Virus record (IMG/VR): IMGVR_UViG_3300010398_001198
Coordinates: 32,001 to 96,000 of that record
Length of the DNA stretch: 64,000 bases
From: a virus
Direction: 5' to 3' (one strand)
Position 1 is the first letter of the stretch, and every line of letters starts with the position of its first letter. Below, one piece after another: positions 27,623 to 37,544 of this stretch. The position numbers and the translations under genes are program-made. The notes under the pieces are model-generated. The model searched no databases and was not told where the DNA came from. It saw only the letters and a list, made by a program, of their open reading frames with translations.

Positions 27623-28663
27623 CTAGAGAATTTGTGGGAACTTTTGTCCCACTCTGCCATGCCAGACCAACTTCCCGGCATCGCGGAGTTTGATGCCAGG
27701 TTCTGTCACCGCGAGGTTCCAGGCATTAATAATCATCGGCGCCTTGGCTTCATCGCGCAGGATGTACCGCACCCGCCGTGGGCCTTTTGGCTGGAGAATA
27801 CGATTCCGTAAGATCAGAATCGGATCTCCTGGCTCTAAGTTTTCTCCTGTGGCCAGACTCCAAAAAAAGTGATCTGCTCGCCCTTTGCGCTGTTGGGAAT
27901 CTGCCCCATCCCACGCTGGTGAAACCTCCCGAGGTCTGCCTCGCCTGGGCGGCTTGGGGTCTGCCGGCAGTGGCCCGACGCGACAGAGGTAATGGAGGGC
28001 AGTTGTCAGCCCGGGCGCTGCCAATCCCTGACATTTTTTCCCAAAGGGGATCGACTGCAGAATAGACGCATGCTGCGGCAATGTATCCGTGAGTTCATTA
28101 TCGGTGATATCAGGATGGGCATTCATCATTTGTCCGGTTTCATAGCGATAGACCCAGCGCAAGGCGGCAGCGATATTCGTGGCGTTCTTGACACCCTGAA
28201 TCCCCAGAATATCTCCGGCGGTGCGCTTGGCCCCCTGGCCCATCGTCTTAAACCGCTCGAAGTCAATGCCGTGGACAACGAGGGTCCAGATCGTCTGTTG
28301 TAAATCAATCACGGCCTGAAGCCGGTGCTGGCCTTCGACAAGCCGTCCCTCATGGTCGAAAATGATCGTTTCTCCGTTAATTTGCCACCGACTTTTCTCA
28401 ATGGCCCGTTTGAGCCGTCGCAGTTGGGATAACCGTATACTGCGATTGGTGTTTTTCCGCTGTAAGAGGGTCATGGCCACTTCTGGGGTGATCTCCGCCA
28501 AATAAACGCTGATACCCAGGAGACTTAGCGGCAATGTGCGGATCGTACAGGAGAAAAGTGCCGCATCGAGCGTGATTATGTCCTCAGCATGGAGCACACT
28601 TAGTGGCGGGCTCTCATGGGTGAAGAGGTTGCGTTCCTGCTTCTGAGACGCTTCGCTCTGCAT
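27623..28663 (-). CDS. ParB/Srx-like (DGQHR-type) domain protein
   Basis: EITPEVAMTLL..NTNRSIR...W..NGETI.FD..G.LVEGQHRLQAV. Confidence 0.75.
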   Translation of the reverse strand: MQSEASQKQERNLFTHESPPLSVLHAEDIITLDAALFSCTIRTLPLSLLGISVYLAEITPEVAMTLLQRKNTNRSIRLSQLRRLKRAIEKSRWQINGETIIFDHEGRLVEGQHRLQAVIDLQQTIWTLVVHGIDFERFKTMGQGAKRTAGDILGIQGVKNATNIAAALRWVYRYETGQMMNAHPDITDNELTDTLPQHASILQSIPFGKKCQGLAAPGLTTALHYLCRVGPLPADPKPPRRGRPREVSPAWDGADSQQRKGRADHFFWSLATGENLEPGDPILILRNRILQPKGPRRVRYILRDEAKAPMIINAWNLAVTEPGIKLRDAGKLVWHGRVGQKFPQIL

Positions 28664-28717
28664 GGGAGAAGCTCCTTTCGTGATCCCGGATGGTGCTTAC
28701 ATCACCATCCGGGGGGC

Positions 28718-28930
28718 TTACTGGTCATTCCCTTCCCAGGGATTGACCGCATCGGGGAAGACTTCGCAGCCCACCCCAAAATAGACCGCCTCATAGCTGA
28801 ACTCGTCGATGGCATCGAGGAGGTCATACACGAGACTTTTAAAGATGCGCGCCTGTCGCGTCTCGCGGGTCTCGCCATACGTGTTATAGAGAGCAGAGGG
28901 TGGAGGCCGTGGCTGCTGTGATTTCCTCAT
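28718..28930 (-). CDS. Hypothetical protein
   Basis: 70 aa, coupled to the HAD gene. Confidence 0.5.
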   Translation of the reverse strand: MRKSQQPRPPPSALYNTYGETRETRQARIFKSLVYDLLDAIDEFSYEAVYFGVGCEVFPDAVNPWEGNDQ

Positions 28931-29415
28931 GCGCGTCCTCCTGCCCCCTCTGGTGGTCGCTCATGGGGCGGCGCGCTGTTCCGCGTCCAGGGTCGAAACG
29001 CCCGCAATGCCTCCACGTCCACCTCGTTCCAGTTGCCGCGAAACGTGATCGCCCGGTCATCAATGGTCAGGAATGCCGGGGGCTTGTGTTCGGGAAACGT
29101 CAACGCCCAGCGCTCCGTGCCGTCCGGGCTCTCAGCAAACACCGCGTCCACCGTATCCAGACAGCCGTCCGCCATGACGTACCCGGCCATCTTCCCCCAT
29201 TCCAGAGCCCAGCGCTGCATAGCCCGCCGTCCGATCAGTGCCCCGGAGCGCGAGGAGTGCACCGCCAGGGTGAAGTGCGGATGGGCCTCCTCCAGAAAGC
29301 GCCAGAGGCCGTCTGTGGGGGGATCAGGGCAGACGTCGATGCCCTGCCAGCCACTGGCATAGGAATGGATCACGCCGTCATAGTCTAAAATGAGCACGGG
29401 CCGATGGGCTGGCAT
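28927..29415 (-). CDS. HAD-superfamily phosphatase/nucleotidase
   Basis: VLILDYDGVIHSY (DxD motif) ... KPPAFLTIDDRA. Confidence 0.8.
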   Translation of the reverse strand: MPAHRPVLILDYDGVIHSYASGWQGIDVCPDPPTDGLWRFLEEAHPHFTLAVHSSRSGALIGRRAMQRWALEWGKMAGYVMADGCLDTVDAVFAESPDGTERWALTFPEHKPPAFLTIDDRAITFRGNWNEVDVEALRAFRPWTRNSAPPHERPPEGAGGRA

Positions 29416-29418
29416 AGC

Positions 29419-29751
29419 TCACACCCCCTGCTCTTCCAGCGGCTCTGGGCTGCCCTCTGGCCACGCCTCCAGACGATAGGTGCCGCGATCTGCACAGCCT
29501 GTCCCCGCTGCTGCATGTGGTGCAGTGACGAGGGGCTCCTGGGGCTCCTCACGTGCCGCCTCGTCCCAGGCATCCATCGCTAGATCGAGGGCCTCCCGCA
29601 GGACCGTCAGCACGCGTGGCTGCTCGTCCAGACGCAGGGCTTGCATCCGGGCATAGAGCGTTGCCGAGATGGGGAGATCGAGCCGGTGCCTGGCGTCACC
29701 CGGTCCTACGGCCAGGCGGCGCTGTTCGCGGAAGTAATACTGATAGATCAT
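29419..29751 (-). CDS. Hypothetical protein
   Basis: 110 aa with RBS AGGAG. Confidence 0.55.
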   Translation of the reverse strand: MIYQYYFREQRRLAVGPGDARHRLDLPISATLYARMQALRLDEQPRVLTVLREALDLAMDAWDEAAREEPQEPLVTAPHAAAGTGCADRGTYRLEAWPEGSPEPLEEQGV

Positions 29752-29761
29752 GGGATTGCTC

Positions 29762-29923
29762 CTATCTCAGCCCAAGAATGATTACCCAGAACAACAACAC
29801 CCACCCGAGGAAGGCCAGCCCGCTGCCCACGGCGACCAGCACGAGGAACAGCCGCCGGTCACGGGTGCACGTCGCATGCTCGCGCGGATACCAGCGGTCG
29901 TCATCGTTGTGGGCTTCGACCAT
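29762..29923 (-). CDS. Small single-TM protein (not in ORF track)
   Basis: MVEAHNDDDRWYPREHATCTRDRRLFLVLVAVGSGLAFLGWVLLFWVIILGLR; RBS AGGAGG right after heptad element D. Confidence 0.65.
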   Translation of the reverse strand: MVEAHNDDDRWYPREHATCTRDRRLFLVLVAVGSGLAFLGWVLLFWVIILGLR

Positions 29924-29947
29924 GGCGACCTCCTGTGGAGGAGAGGG

Positions 29948-30020
29948 TTAAGGTTTAAGGGGGGAAATGGCCACATGCTCTTCCTCTCTTGCTTAAAACT
30001 TAAATCTTAAAACTTAAATC
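29948..30020 (-). promoter_or_regulatory. Heptad-array element, copy D (short core)
   Basis: Minus strand: GATTTAA GTTTTAA GATTTAA GTTTTAA, 31 nt, CCCTTAA ACCTTAA, then RBS-ATG. Confidence 0.8.
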
Positions 30021-30559
30021 TCCCCTGTCGTGTCGGGGAACATATCAGGACGATCGATATACCAGCAGAGCGCCGTCGCCGCGGCGAGCCAGCCCTGATA
30101 GGTGCCGACGTAATGGCCCGCGTGTGCCAGCAAGGCGTGCATGGCCCGTTGGTTGGCATCGGCACGACGACCCTGGGCTTTGAGCTCTAACCACATGCCG
30201 TGGTAGCCCCGGCGAGCCAGCGGCCAATGCAAATCTGGACACCCTGGACGCACGCCCATCGCCTTCAGGCGACCCGCGCCGGCCTTGCTCCGGTATTTGC
30301 CGTTCGGGATGTGGTAGAGGAGCCGGAGCAGAGGCACCTCACGCACCGCCACCTCATCGACCCAGCGCAGGAGGGCGATCTGCTCCTCTTCTTCCCACTG
30401 CCGCCGCCTGCGCATCGTGTGCCACTTGGTGGCTGGGAGATCGAGGCTCGGCACGGGCATCGCAGGAGCAGTGGGCGGTGTAGGGCGGGCGGCTCTGCCG
30501 TTAGTAATGACATAGCCCCGGGCCGTGAGCAGGTCTTCCATCGTCGTGATCAGGGCCAT
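30014..30559 (-). CDS. VRR-NUC domain nuclease
   Basis: EEEQIALLRW...HIPNG...LKAMGVRPGCPDL...WLELKA..Q. Confidence 0.9.
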   Translation of the reverse strand: MALITTMEDLLTARGYVITNGRAARPTPPTAPAMPVPSLDLPATKWHTMRRRRQWEEEEQIALLRWVDEVAVREVPLLRLLYHIPNGKYRSKAGAGRLKAMGVRPGCPDLHWPLARRGYHGMWLELKAQGRRADANQRAMHALLAHAGHYVGTYQGWLAAATALCWYIDRPDMFPDTTGEI

Positions 30560-30762
30560 ACGCCGTCCTCCTCTAGAGCCTCATTGGCCAGCCATTGGCG
30601 CAGGGCCTGCCGCTCCATCGCGGTCAGCACCAGCATGAGAAAGGCCACATGCGTCTCCGTTTCCATGGCGTCCCAGGCTCGCTGGAGCGTCTGCTTGGGC
30701 GTGGGGTGCTGCCGGGGCCTGACGCGGGCGGCCCGGCGCGGACGGGGCAGCGGCGCGGTCAT
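30550..30762 (-). CDS. Hypothetical protein
   Basis: MTAPLPRPRR...; coupled to its neighbours. Confidence 0.5.
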   Translation of the reverse strand: MTAPLPRPRRAARVRPRQHPTPKQTLQRAWDAMETETHVAFLMLVLTAMERQALRQWLANEALEEDGVWP

Positions 30763-31043
30763 GGCGTCTTCTCCCCTGGTGAGCGCCGTCTGACCCGCAG
30801 GGCGCGTGTCCAGCGATGACAACAGCACAGACAGCGACGCGGCTCAGGCACGCCGTCAAAGTGCACCAAATCAAAGGGGTGGACCTGCAGGGCCTGCGCC
30901 CAGCGCTCCAGCTCGGCCAGCGTCACCCCTTGTTCCTGGCGCTCGATGCGCTCCAGGCGCCGCTGACTGGTCTCTAACGTCGCGGCCAGCGCCTCACGCG
31001 ACTGCTGCCGGCGCACGCACTCGTCAAACAACAACATCTCCAT
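30759..31043 (-). CDS. XRE HTH regulator (Cro-like)
   Basis: SREALAATLETSQRRLERIERQEQGVTLAELERWAQALQV. Confidence 0.8.
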   Translation of the reverse strand: MEMLLFDECVRRQQSREALAATLETSQRRLERIERQEQGVTLAELERWAQALQVHPFDLVHFDGVPEPRRCLCCCHRWTRALRVRRRSPGEKTP

Positions 31044-31105
31044 AGGCTCGTTCCTGAGAGGGGGGCATGTACGTTGAAAAAGCGCTATAATTGCGAATAG
31101 GTGGT

Positions 31106-31133
31106 ATTATAAAGCGATTAGAGGACAGCGCAA
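31106..31133 (-). promoter_or_regulatory. Sigma70-type promoter for the cro-like leftward operon
   Basis: TTGCGC-N16-TATAAT on the minus strand; repeated AGCGC motifs nearby. Confidence 0.6.
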
Positions 31134-31251
31134 GCGCAAAAAAATAGCACTATGCGCCTAGGGGTTTTTCCACAAAGCCAGACACTTCGCCTATTGTTTT
31201 TTTCGCTACAGTCCACTATTCTGTGCCAGATTCTGGTACGATAGATAAGCA

Positions 31252-31347
31252 GTTTTAAGCGTTAAGTTTTAAGTTTTAAGGGGGAGGAGATAGTGTAGGA
31301 TGGTGCGCATCTGCACCAGTCTCCGACCCTTAACCCTTAACCCTTAA
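31252..31347 (+). promoter_or_regulatory. Heptad-array element, copy B
   Basis: GTTTTAA GCGTTAA GTTTTAA GTTTTAA, 47-nt core (GGGGGAGG..AGGATGGTGCGCATCTGCACCAGTCTCCGA), CCCTTAA x3. Confidence 0.9.
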
Positions 31348-31377
31348 ATCTACGTGGTAGAAGGAGATCAGGAAGAC

Positions 31378-31860
31378 ATGGGACGCAGCCCGAAAATGCC
31401 GCTCGGTTCCTCGGAAGCGTTTGTGCTCCGGGCGTTGGAAGTCCGGGCCGCCGCTGCCACCCGCCTGCGGGTGGCGAAGGAGATCTCTGGGATCATGGAT
31501 AGGGACCTGGGACACCAGGCGGGGCTGCAACAGCGGCATACCAGTTCGATCCTGGCCGGGGAGAAGTGGCCCTCGTTGCGGGCGCTCCTCTACCTGGCGT
31601 TCAGCCTGGAGGTGCCCCTGTCGCAGCTCCTCGTTCCATCGCCCAGCAGCGTCGAGGAGGACGATCTTGCTGCGCATCTCCAGGCCATCCCCGACCTGCG
31701 CGCGCTCGTCTCTCGCGTGGCCCGGTGGCCCGCCGCGGACGTGGCCGCGCTGCGCCAACTTGCCACCCTCCTGGAGCACCGCCGCACCGTGCTGCCGGGT
31801 TTTGTCGCGATGCTGGAAGCGACCGCCGTGCTTGCCCCGCCGGCACCCTCTCCCGTCTAA
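31378..31860 (+). CDS. XRE HTH repressor (cI-like, no peptidase domain)
   Basis: LGHQAGLQQRHTSSILAGEKWPSLRALLYLAFSLEVPLSQLL; divergent from the cro-like gene. Confidence 0.75.
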   Translation: MGRSPKMPLGSSEAFVLRALEVRAAAATRLRVAKEISGIMDRDLGHQAGLQQRHTSSILAGEKWPSLRALLYLAFSLEVPLSQLLVPSPSSVEEDDLAAHLQAIPDLRALVSRVARWPAADVAALRQLATLLEHRRTVLPGFVAMLEATAVLAPPAPSPV

Positions 31861-31996
31861 CCCGGTACCAAATTCTTCCTTGTGTTTTCCTGATGGATGG
31901 GATAGGGTTTTCCCCTATGCCTATCTAAGGGAATGACCTGAGTTGCCCACACCAGGCAGTTGGGGCCGCTGGCTCCGAGCCAGGAGGAGTGGTCCT

Positions 31997-32191
31997 ATGG
32001 CCGATGGGTGTTTGCGTCCTGATCTGGTTCTGGCCGATGTCCACCTGACGCGCCGTCCCCTGCCCCCCATCGCCCGTGATGAACTCCATGTCCTCCTCGA
32101 CGTGTTGCCGGACAGCATGATGATGGCCCTGCATGCCACGCTGCGGGCCTTGCTCCAGCCGCCCAGGTATCCTGATCCCCCGGCCACCTGA
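31997..32191 (+). CDS. Hypothetical protein
   Basis: MADGCLRPDL...; RBS GGAGGAG. Confidence 0.45.
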   Translation: MADGCLRPDLVLADVHLTRRPLPPIARDELHVLLDVLPDSMMMALHATLRALLQPPRYPDPPAT

Positions 32192-32316
32192 CCGTGCCTG
32201 CGGGCTCCCGTGTCGGAGCAGCACCTGTACCATGTCCGTCCAGGTATTACGCGCACCGATATTCCTGGTGCCCACTATTAGTTTTGCTGATAGGGGCTAT
32301 TGCTTTTACTGATACG

Positions 32317-33420
32317 TCACCGCCGTAATCCTGGGCGTCTGCGCTCGCGGGGTTCGGGTTCTTTCGGTTTCTCTGGTGCCGGCGCGGGTGTCACGGGCCG
32401 CAAGAGTGCCCCCCGCGCTTGCCCCTGATACGTCCCGACCACCAGGATCGCCCCATCATTGCTGATCCCCACACTCCGCTGGAACGTCCAGCCGTCCGCC
32501 CCCGTGGTGAGTGGTAACAGCGGCACGGCCTGCCCCTGCTCACACCTGATCGCCTGGGTGATATTGCCGGTGGCGGCAAAGCGCCCACTCTGCCCGACCG
32601 CCTCATCCGCATCGTTCAAGGCCCCCAGGCTGGTGAATTGATCCCCGGTGACGGGCTCACAGAGGATCACGGTCCCGTCGTACGCGCGCACAAAGCCACG
32701 ACTCCCGCTGAGCGCCAGCACTTCACCTGCCACACTCCCAGCCGTGTTGATGGCGAAGCCGAGACTGCCCCGACTGGGGGTGGTGACGGGATGGACGTCC
32801 GTCTCCCCGCCACTGAGCGGCCAGACGACGGCATGGGTGTCCCCGCCTGGCGTGGCGTCCCAGCCGACGATGGTGCCCGCCTCGTTGATGCCGAGGCCAA
32901 AGCTCGGCCCCTGCGCCAGGAGCGGGAGGATGGTCCAGCCGCTGCCGTCCGAGCGCAGGGCCACAATCTGGGTGACGTCGGGATTATCGCCAAAGCCCGC
33001 AAAGAGCCCCTGCGTGTTCACCCCACTGGCGGCGGAAAAGAGGATGTCGCCATCCGTCGTGCCCAGGTCTTGAAACGCCCCATCCTCATTGAGGCCAAAC
33101 GCGTGCGTGCGGGTGCCGAACGGTCCCAGGTGAAACTGCCCCGCCACGAGCTGCCCCGCCGTGCCCTGGCCGAACGCGGTGGTAACCTCGGCCGGGAGCG
33201 TGAGGATGGTCTGCACGCCATCCTCGGTGAGGAGGATCAGGGCCGTATGGGGGGTCGGCTGCTGCACCTCGACCTGCACCAGAGCGCGGTGTTGGGCACG
33301 GTCGAGGGCCACGGGGGTGACGCCAGGATCGAGGGCGAGCAAGGTATACTGCGCGGGGAAGGCGTGGGCGCCGCTGACGAGCCCACACAGAAGCAGACTG
33401 ATAAGGAGCACTGGTCGCAT
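32317..33420 (-). CDS. Secreted HAF-repeat beta-propeller protein
   Basis: Signal peptide MRPVLLISLLLCGLVSGAHA; THAF..., A.GIN..G.IVG, THAVVW repeats. Confidence 0.8.
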   Translation of the reverse strand: MRPVLLISLLLCGLVSGAHAFPAQYTLLALDPGVTPVALDRAQHRALVQVEVQQPTPHTALILLTEDGVQTILTLPAEVTTAFGQGTAGQLVAGQFHLGPFGTRTHAFGLNEDGAFQDLGTTDGDILFSAASGVNTQGLFAGFGDNPDVTQIVALRSDGSGWTILPLLAQGPSFGLGINEAGTIVGWDATPGGDTHAVVWPLSGGETDVHPVTTPSRGSLGFAINTAGSVAGEVLALSGSRGFVRAYDGTVILCEPVTGDQFTSLGALNDADEAVGQSGRFAATGNITQAIRCEQGQAVPLLPLTTGADGWTFQRSVGISNDGAILVVGTYQGQARGALLRPVTPAPAPEKPKEPEPRERRRPGLRR

Positions 33421-33690
33421 GCGAATCCCTCCAGGGCCATCTAGGGCCCACCCACGTTTCCGTTGCGATTCCTGGACGTGCGTCTCGTAAGCAGGCCTCA
33501 CGGGCCACATAGGGCCCCACCGGGAGGCGGCGACGTCTGGGGAGAGTGTACGGGCTTTTGCAAGGGGCTGCGAGGGGCGAGTGCCAGGGGCTGGCCGTCG
33601 GGCTTCGAGGGCTACCGCGACCAGCCCGGCATCACGAGGCAGGGCCTCTTGATCGGCACAGTGTAGCACAGATGCCGGCGCGTGGACCAC

Positions 33691-33960
33691 TCAGGGGGCG
33701 CGCCCATAGACGAGTTCGTGCAGGCTGATCTCCAAGGCTTCGGCAATCGCCACGATGGTGGCGAGGGTGAGGCGGGGATGGCGGCCGGATTCGACCACCG
33801 CAATCGTATGCTGGGAGAGTTCGGCGACTTCGGCCAGGCGCGTCTGGGTCCACCCCTTTTCCACACGCCGCCCCGCCACCCGGCGACCTATCGGCCCTAA
33901 GTTCAGTGGGCGCACCCCAATCCCTTTGGTGAGAGACACTGCTCCTATAAGTATCAACAT
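33691..33960 (-). CDS. XRE HTH regulator divergent from the tra operon (start uncertain)
   Basis: RRVEKGWTQTRLAEVAELSQHTIAVVESG...TIVAIAEALEISLHELV. Confidence 0.85.
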   Translation of the reverse strand: MLILIGAVSLTKGIGVRPLNLGPIGRRVAGRRVEKGWTQTRLAEVAELSQHTIAVVESGRHPRLTLATIVAIAEALEISLHELVYGRAP

Positions 33961-34033
33961 AGTATCCCTTGCACGTCAAGCGATTCTGCATCCTTGATGG
34001 CGTGACGAACCTCCCCAATGCACGCCCGGTCAC

Positions 34034-34072
34034 AAAAAAAAGATTGTACATGATGCCCCGTTGCTCTACAAT
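34034..34072 (+). promoter_or_regulatory. Sigma70-type promoter of the tra operon with an upstream A-tract
   Basis: A8, then TTGTAC (34044-34049)-N17-TACAAT (34067-34072). Confidence 0.7.
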
Positions 34073-34126
34073 GAATGATTATGGTACTCTAATGAGCGAA
34101 CGATACTAACCAAGAGGAGATGCAGC

Positions 34127-34597
34127 ATGAACCGTTGGTGGACTGGCGTGGCGGTTGCCTGCCTCATCGTCGGCGTGGGCCTGGCGCCCATGGCCTGGGC
34201 GAATACGGTGGCGACCACCGGCCAGGCGGTCCAGATTGGTGGGATTGATGATGCGGCTGCGACCGGGTGGAGTTATATGACGGGCATGCCCCTGAAACTC
34301 CTGTCGGGAGGTGCCATTGCGACCGGACTGCTCCGTCTCGCGGGGGGCTATCCCGGCCAGGCCGTCCTGGCGGGGGGGGCTGGAGTCGGTGGCGCGTTTC
34401 TCTCGCGCACCGTGGACAGTGCCTACACCGCTGCGGCAGCGGCGACCGGGCTCCTGCAGGGGTTGCCAAGTGCCCTGCAGGCGTTTCTCGACGGGTTTAC
34501 GGGCGTGCGTCTGGTGCATGACCCGGTGTTCTGGCTGGCGCTGGCCCTCGTGTTGTTGTGCCTCCATGGCCTGCGGCAGCATCGTCTGGGCCTCTAA
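34127..34597 (+). CDS. Putative conjugative pilin (TraA/VirB2-like)
   Basis: Signal peptide plus Gly/Ala-rich hydrophobic segments; first gene of the operon, upstream of traL. Confidence 0.55.
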   Translation: MNRWWTGVAVACLIVGVGLAPMAWANTVATTGQAVQIGGIDDAAATGWSYMTGMPLKLLSGGAIATGLLRLAGGYPGQAVLAGGAGVGGAFLSRTVDSAYTAAAAATGLLQGLPSALQAFLDGFTGVRLVHDPVFWLALALVLLCLHGLRQHRLGL

Positions 34598-34745
34598 CCG
34601 TGTGCTGGCCCTCTGGTGGACGCAGGGGGCCAGCGAAAGGGCGTCATGGTGCTCTATGGTGAACTCACGTTGGTAGCGCTGGTGCTCGGTGGGCTCTGGC
34701 TGGCGAGCCTGCGCCACCGGCAGCGCGACCCGAGGAAAGACACGC

Positions 34746-35021
34746 ATGTGGAAACGCTGTCCTCAAGTGCTCGATGAACCCATTACCGTCTACGGCGTGG
34801 ACCTGGATGATGTGCGCAATGTCGGCATGGTCTCGGTGGGCCTCCTGATGCTCCTGCCCCCGACGATCTGGTTGCTCGGCACGCTCGTGGGCGGGTATGC
34901 CAATTACCGAGGCAAGCGTGGCAAGCCTCCGGGCGCGGTGCTGCACTGGCTGCATGAGATGCAACTGCTCCCGCTCCCGGGTCTGTTGCCACCGCGTCCG
35001 ATGACCTATAGCCCGTGGTAA
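34746..35021 (+). CDS. traL: TraL (VirB3-like)
   Basis: PQVLDEPITVYG.DLDD...TM...KRGKPPGAVLHWLH. Confidence 0.75.
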   Translation: MWKRCPQVLDEPITVYGVDLDDVRNVGMVSVGLLMLLPPTIWLLGTLVGGYANYRGKRGKPPGAVLHWLHEMQLLPLPGLLPPRPMTYSPW

Positions 35022-35023
35022 GC

Positions 35024-35611
35024 ATGATGCCCTCCTGGATGGACAAATACATCACGACCGAGACTATGCAGACCGGCTTGCTGACGGCGCTCGTCTTGAG
35101 CTTACTCCTCGCCCTTGGGGGCTGGACCGTGGTCGCCTGGCAGATCCTGCGTGGCCCGCTCGCCTACCTCGTGCCCCCAGGTGGCCCGGGCCTCGTGCGC
35201 CCCGGGGTCCTCGACGATGGGACGGCGCTCGATCTCGCTGAGCGGGTGCTCAAGGCGCGCTTTACCTTTACGCCGGCCTCCTATAAGGCCGAGCAAGAGG
35301 CGGTCAAACGCTGTCTGGGTGGCGGGGCCGCCGCGGCCCTCACCGCGACCATGGAGCAGGAGCACAAACTAGTCAAGCAGTATGAGGTGTTGAGTCAACT
35401 CCATGTCGAGCACGCGGAGATTCGGGCCCGGAAACACGGCAAGGTCCTCGTGCATCTCGAGGGCGTGCGCACCCTCACGATCAAGGCCCTCACGTACCGC
35501 GAAGAGTCGATCCATTCGGACATGGTGCTCACGCCGTTCTTTGGCACCGGCGAATGCCGGAGCATCCTCATTGAGCAATGGCTGACGACCCCAGACTTGA
35601 AGACAGACTAG
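35024..35611 (+). CDS. TraE-like inner membrane protein
   Basis: Single N-terminal TM plus periplasmic domain; position between traL and traK. Confidence 0.6.
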   Translation: MMPSWMDKYITTETMQTGLLTALVLSLLLALGGWTVVAWQILRGPLAYLVPPGGPGLVRPGVLDDGTALDLAERVLKARFTFTPASYKAEQEAVKRCLGGGAAAALTATMEQEHKLVKQYEVLSQLHVEHAEIRARKHGKVLVHLEGVRTLTIKALTYREESIHSDMVLTPFFGTGECRSILIEQWLTTPDLKTD

Positions 35612-35618
35612 GAGGGCT

Positions 35619-36335
35619 ATGAGGACGCTTCTATTGGTGACGCTCCTACTCCTGCCGACCCTCAGTGGGGCCGCCCGGCTCGTGGCCGTCGATCAACCGG
35701 TCAGCGTGCGGCTCGAAGTCGCCCAGCCGACGGCCCTGGTCTTTCCGGAGCCCGTGACCTCGCTGACCACAGGGCTCACCAAGGAGCGCATCAGCGCGGA
35801 CTTTGACGGCCCCTACGTCTTTGTCATGGCGAAGGATGCCGAGGTGAGTGGGCGGCTCTTTGTGGTCGGGGCCAGTGGGAAACTGTATCCCCCCGTCACG
35901 TTCAAGGTGACAACGCCCGCCGATGATACCGTGACGCTCACCACCGCCCCGCAGAGCGGGCGGGGTCCGCTCCCCGCATTTGGGGTGCCCTCCTTGCTCC
36001 GGGCGCTGCGGCTTCAGAGCCCTGTGCCCGGCCAGGAGATTGTCGAGGCCCCCGCCCCGACGCTGCCTGATAGTCGGGTCATCCTGGTACACACCAGCGC
36101 CGTGCAGGTGCAGGGAACCATTGGCGCCATCTATCTCGTGCGCAATACCCAGGCCACGGCCCTGCCGCTCGATCTCCGGATCGGGCGTCTCGAGCCAGCG
36201 CTGCCGGACACGCTCGATCTGGGCACGTGGGTCTGGCCGCCCCGGCTGACGATTCGGATGGTCGCGGCAGACACGGAACTGCTTGCGCCGGGCGCGGCTA
36301 CGCGCATCTATGTCGTGCTGGAAAGGAGACCGTAA
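35619..36335 (+). CDS. TraK-like (VirB9-like) core complex protein
   Basis: Signal peptide; PTALVFPEPV; C-terminal ELLAPGAATRIYVV; position. Confidence 0.65.
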   Translation: MRTLLLVTLLLLPTLSGAARLVAVDQPVSVRLEVAQPTALVFPEPVTSLTTGLTKERISADFDGPYVFVMAKDAEVSGRLFVVGASGKLYPPVTFKVTTPADDTVTLTTAPQSGRGPLPAFGVPSLLRALRLQSPVPGQEIVEAPAPTLPDSRVILVHTSAVQVQGTIGAIYLVRNTQATALPLDLRIGRLEPALPDTLDLGTWVWPPRLTIRMVAADTELLAPGAATRIYVVLERRP

Positions 36336-37535
36336 GTGGCGCTCAATTGGCAGGTGGCGCTGCGCACGCAACTGCGCACCCATGTCCTCCGCACCGTCGT
36401 CCTTGGTGGCGTAACGGTGGGCATCCTCTGGTGGGGGCTGTCGCCGCCGTCCCGTGTCACCCCGCCCGCCGTGGCGAAAGTCCAGCCGCTGCCAAGTGCC
36501 GGGGTGCAGCGGGCACCGATGGCGGAGGGCTTCCTGACCCTCCAGAACGATCTGCGCGAGCTCAAAGGATCGGTGGCGGAGGAGAAACAGACGAACCGGG
36601 CCTTGCGCGAGGAACTGCGGACGGCGGCGCAAGACCGGAAGGTCGCGGATGAGGCACACAAGCAGGAACTGCTGCAACTGACCCGGCAGATGCAGGAAAC
36701 GGAGCGCAAGATGGCGGCCGCCGCCGCGACCAAGCCGGCGCCAGCACTCCCAGCACCACGGCCCCAGCCTGCACCTCTTGTCACGCTCGCCAAGCCTGCG
36801 GTCGAGGATCTCAAGATCACGATCCTGCGCTCCAAAGAGGGGGCGAGCTTTCCCACGAAGACCGCCCGTCCCGCGCGGACTGACGCCCCCTATCTGCCCG
36901 CCGGCTCGCTTGCGGGTGCCCGGCTGATCACCGGCGCCATGGCCTCGACGCGGGAGGCTGGTGCCATTCCCGTCTTGCTGGCGCTCACGACGCCGTTTGT
37001 GCCGCCGTGGCAACTCCAAGGGCCTGGGGCCAATCCGCTCCCCACCGCCATGCCGATCCAGGGCTGCTTTGTGCTGGGACGCGCCGTCGGGGACCTGGCC
37101 AACTCGCGCACGATCATCAAAGGCGAACTCCTCTCCTGCGTCTTACCGGATGGCACCGCGTTTGAGGCGCCGCTCAAAGCGTATGTGATTGGGCTCGATC
37201 ATTCCTATGGCCTGGTCTGTGAGGTGACCAAACATGAAAGCGCCGCGATCCTCAAGGCGTTTCTGACCGGGCTCCTGCAAGAAGCCTCGGCGGCCTTTGG
37301 GGTGGCACGCAGCAAGCTCGTGGTGACCTCCGGCAGTGGCCCGCAGCCCTTTTCAGGCGCCCAGACCTCGCTGCAAAAGATCAGCGATTTTTACTTGCAA
37401 CAGGCCCAGTTCCTGTTGCCGACGTGTTGGGTGCAGGCCAATACCCCGGCGCGCCTTGTCGTCGAAGAAGGCGTGCCCCTGGAAGGCGTACCGACCCAGC
37501 ATGTGTACTTTGCACGTCGTTTAGGCATGCCGTAG
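36336..37535 (+). CDS. traB: TraB (VirB10/TrbI-like)
   Basis: TM, coiled coil, Pro-rich linker, YLPAGS..A.LITG...GCFVLG.A.GDL...R..I....LSCV. Confidence 0.9.
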   Translation: MALNWQVALRTQLRTHVLRTVVLGGVTVGILWWGLSPPSRVTPPAVAKVQPLPSAGVQRAPMAEGFLTLQNDLRELKGSVAEEKQTNRALREELRTAAQDRKVADEAHKQELLQLTRQMQETERKMAAAAATKPAPALPAPRPQPAPLVTLAKPAVEDLKITILRSKEGASFPTKTARPARTDAPYLPAGSLAGARLITGAMASTREAGAIPVLLALTTPFVPPWQLQGPGANPLPTAMPIQGCFVLGRAVGDLANSRTIIKGELLSCVLPDGTAFEAPLKAYVIGLDHSYGLVCEVTKHESAAILKAFLTGLLQEASAAFGVARSKLVVTSGSGPQPFSGAQTSLQKISDFYLQQAQFLLPTCWVQANTPARLVVEEGVPLEGVPTQHVYFARRLGMP

Positions 37536-37544
37536 AAGGAGAGC

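Noticed and set aside
31327-31347. CCCTTAA x3 as telomere-like repeats
   Set aside because: Only three internal copies, and they are part of the larger regulatory element.
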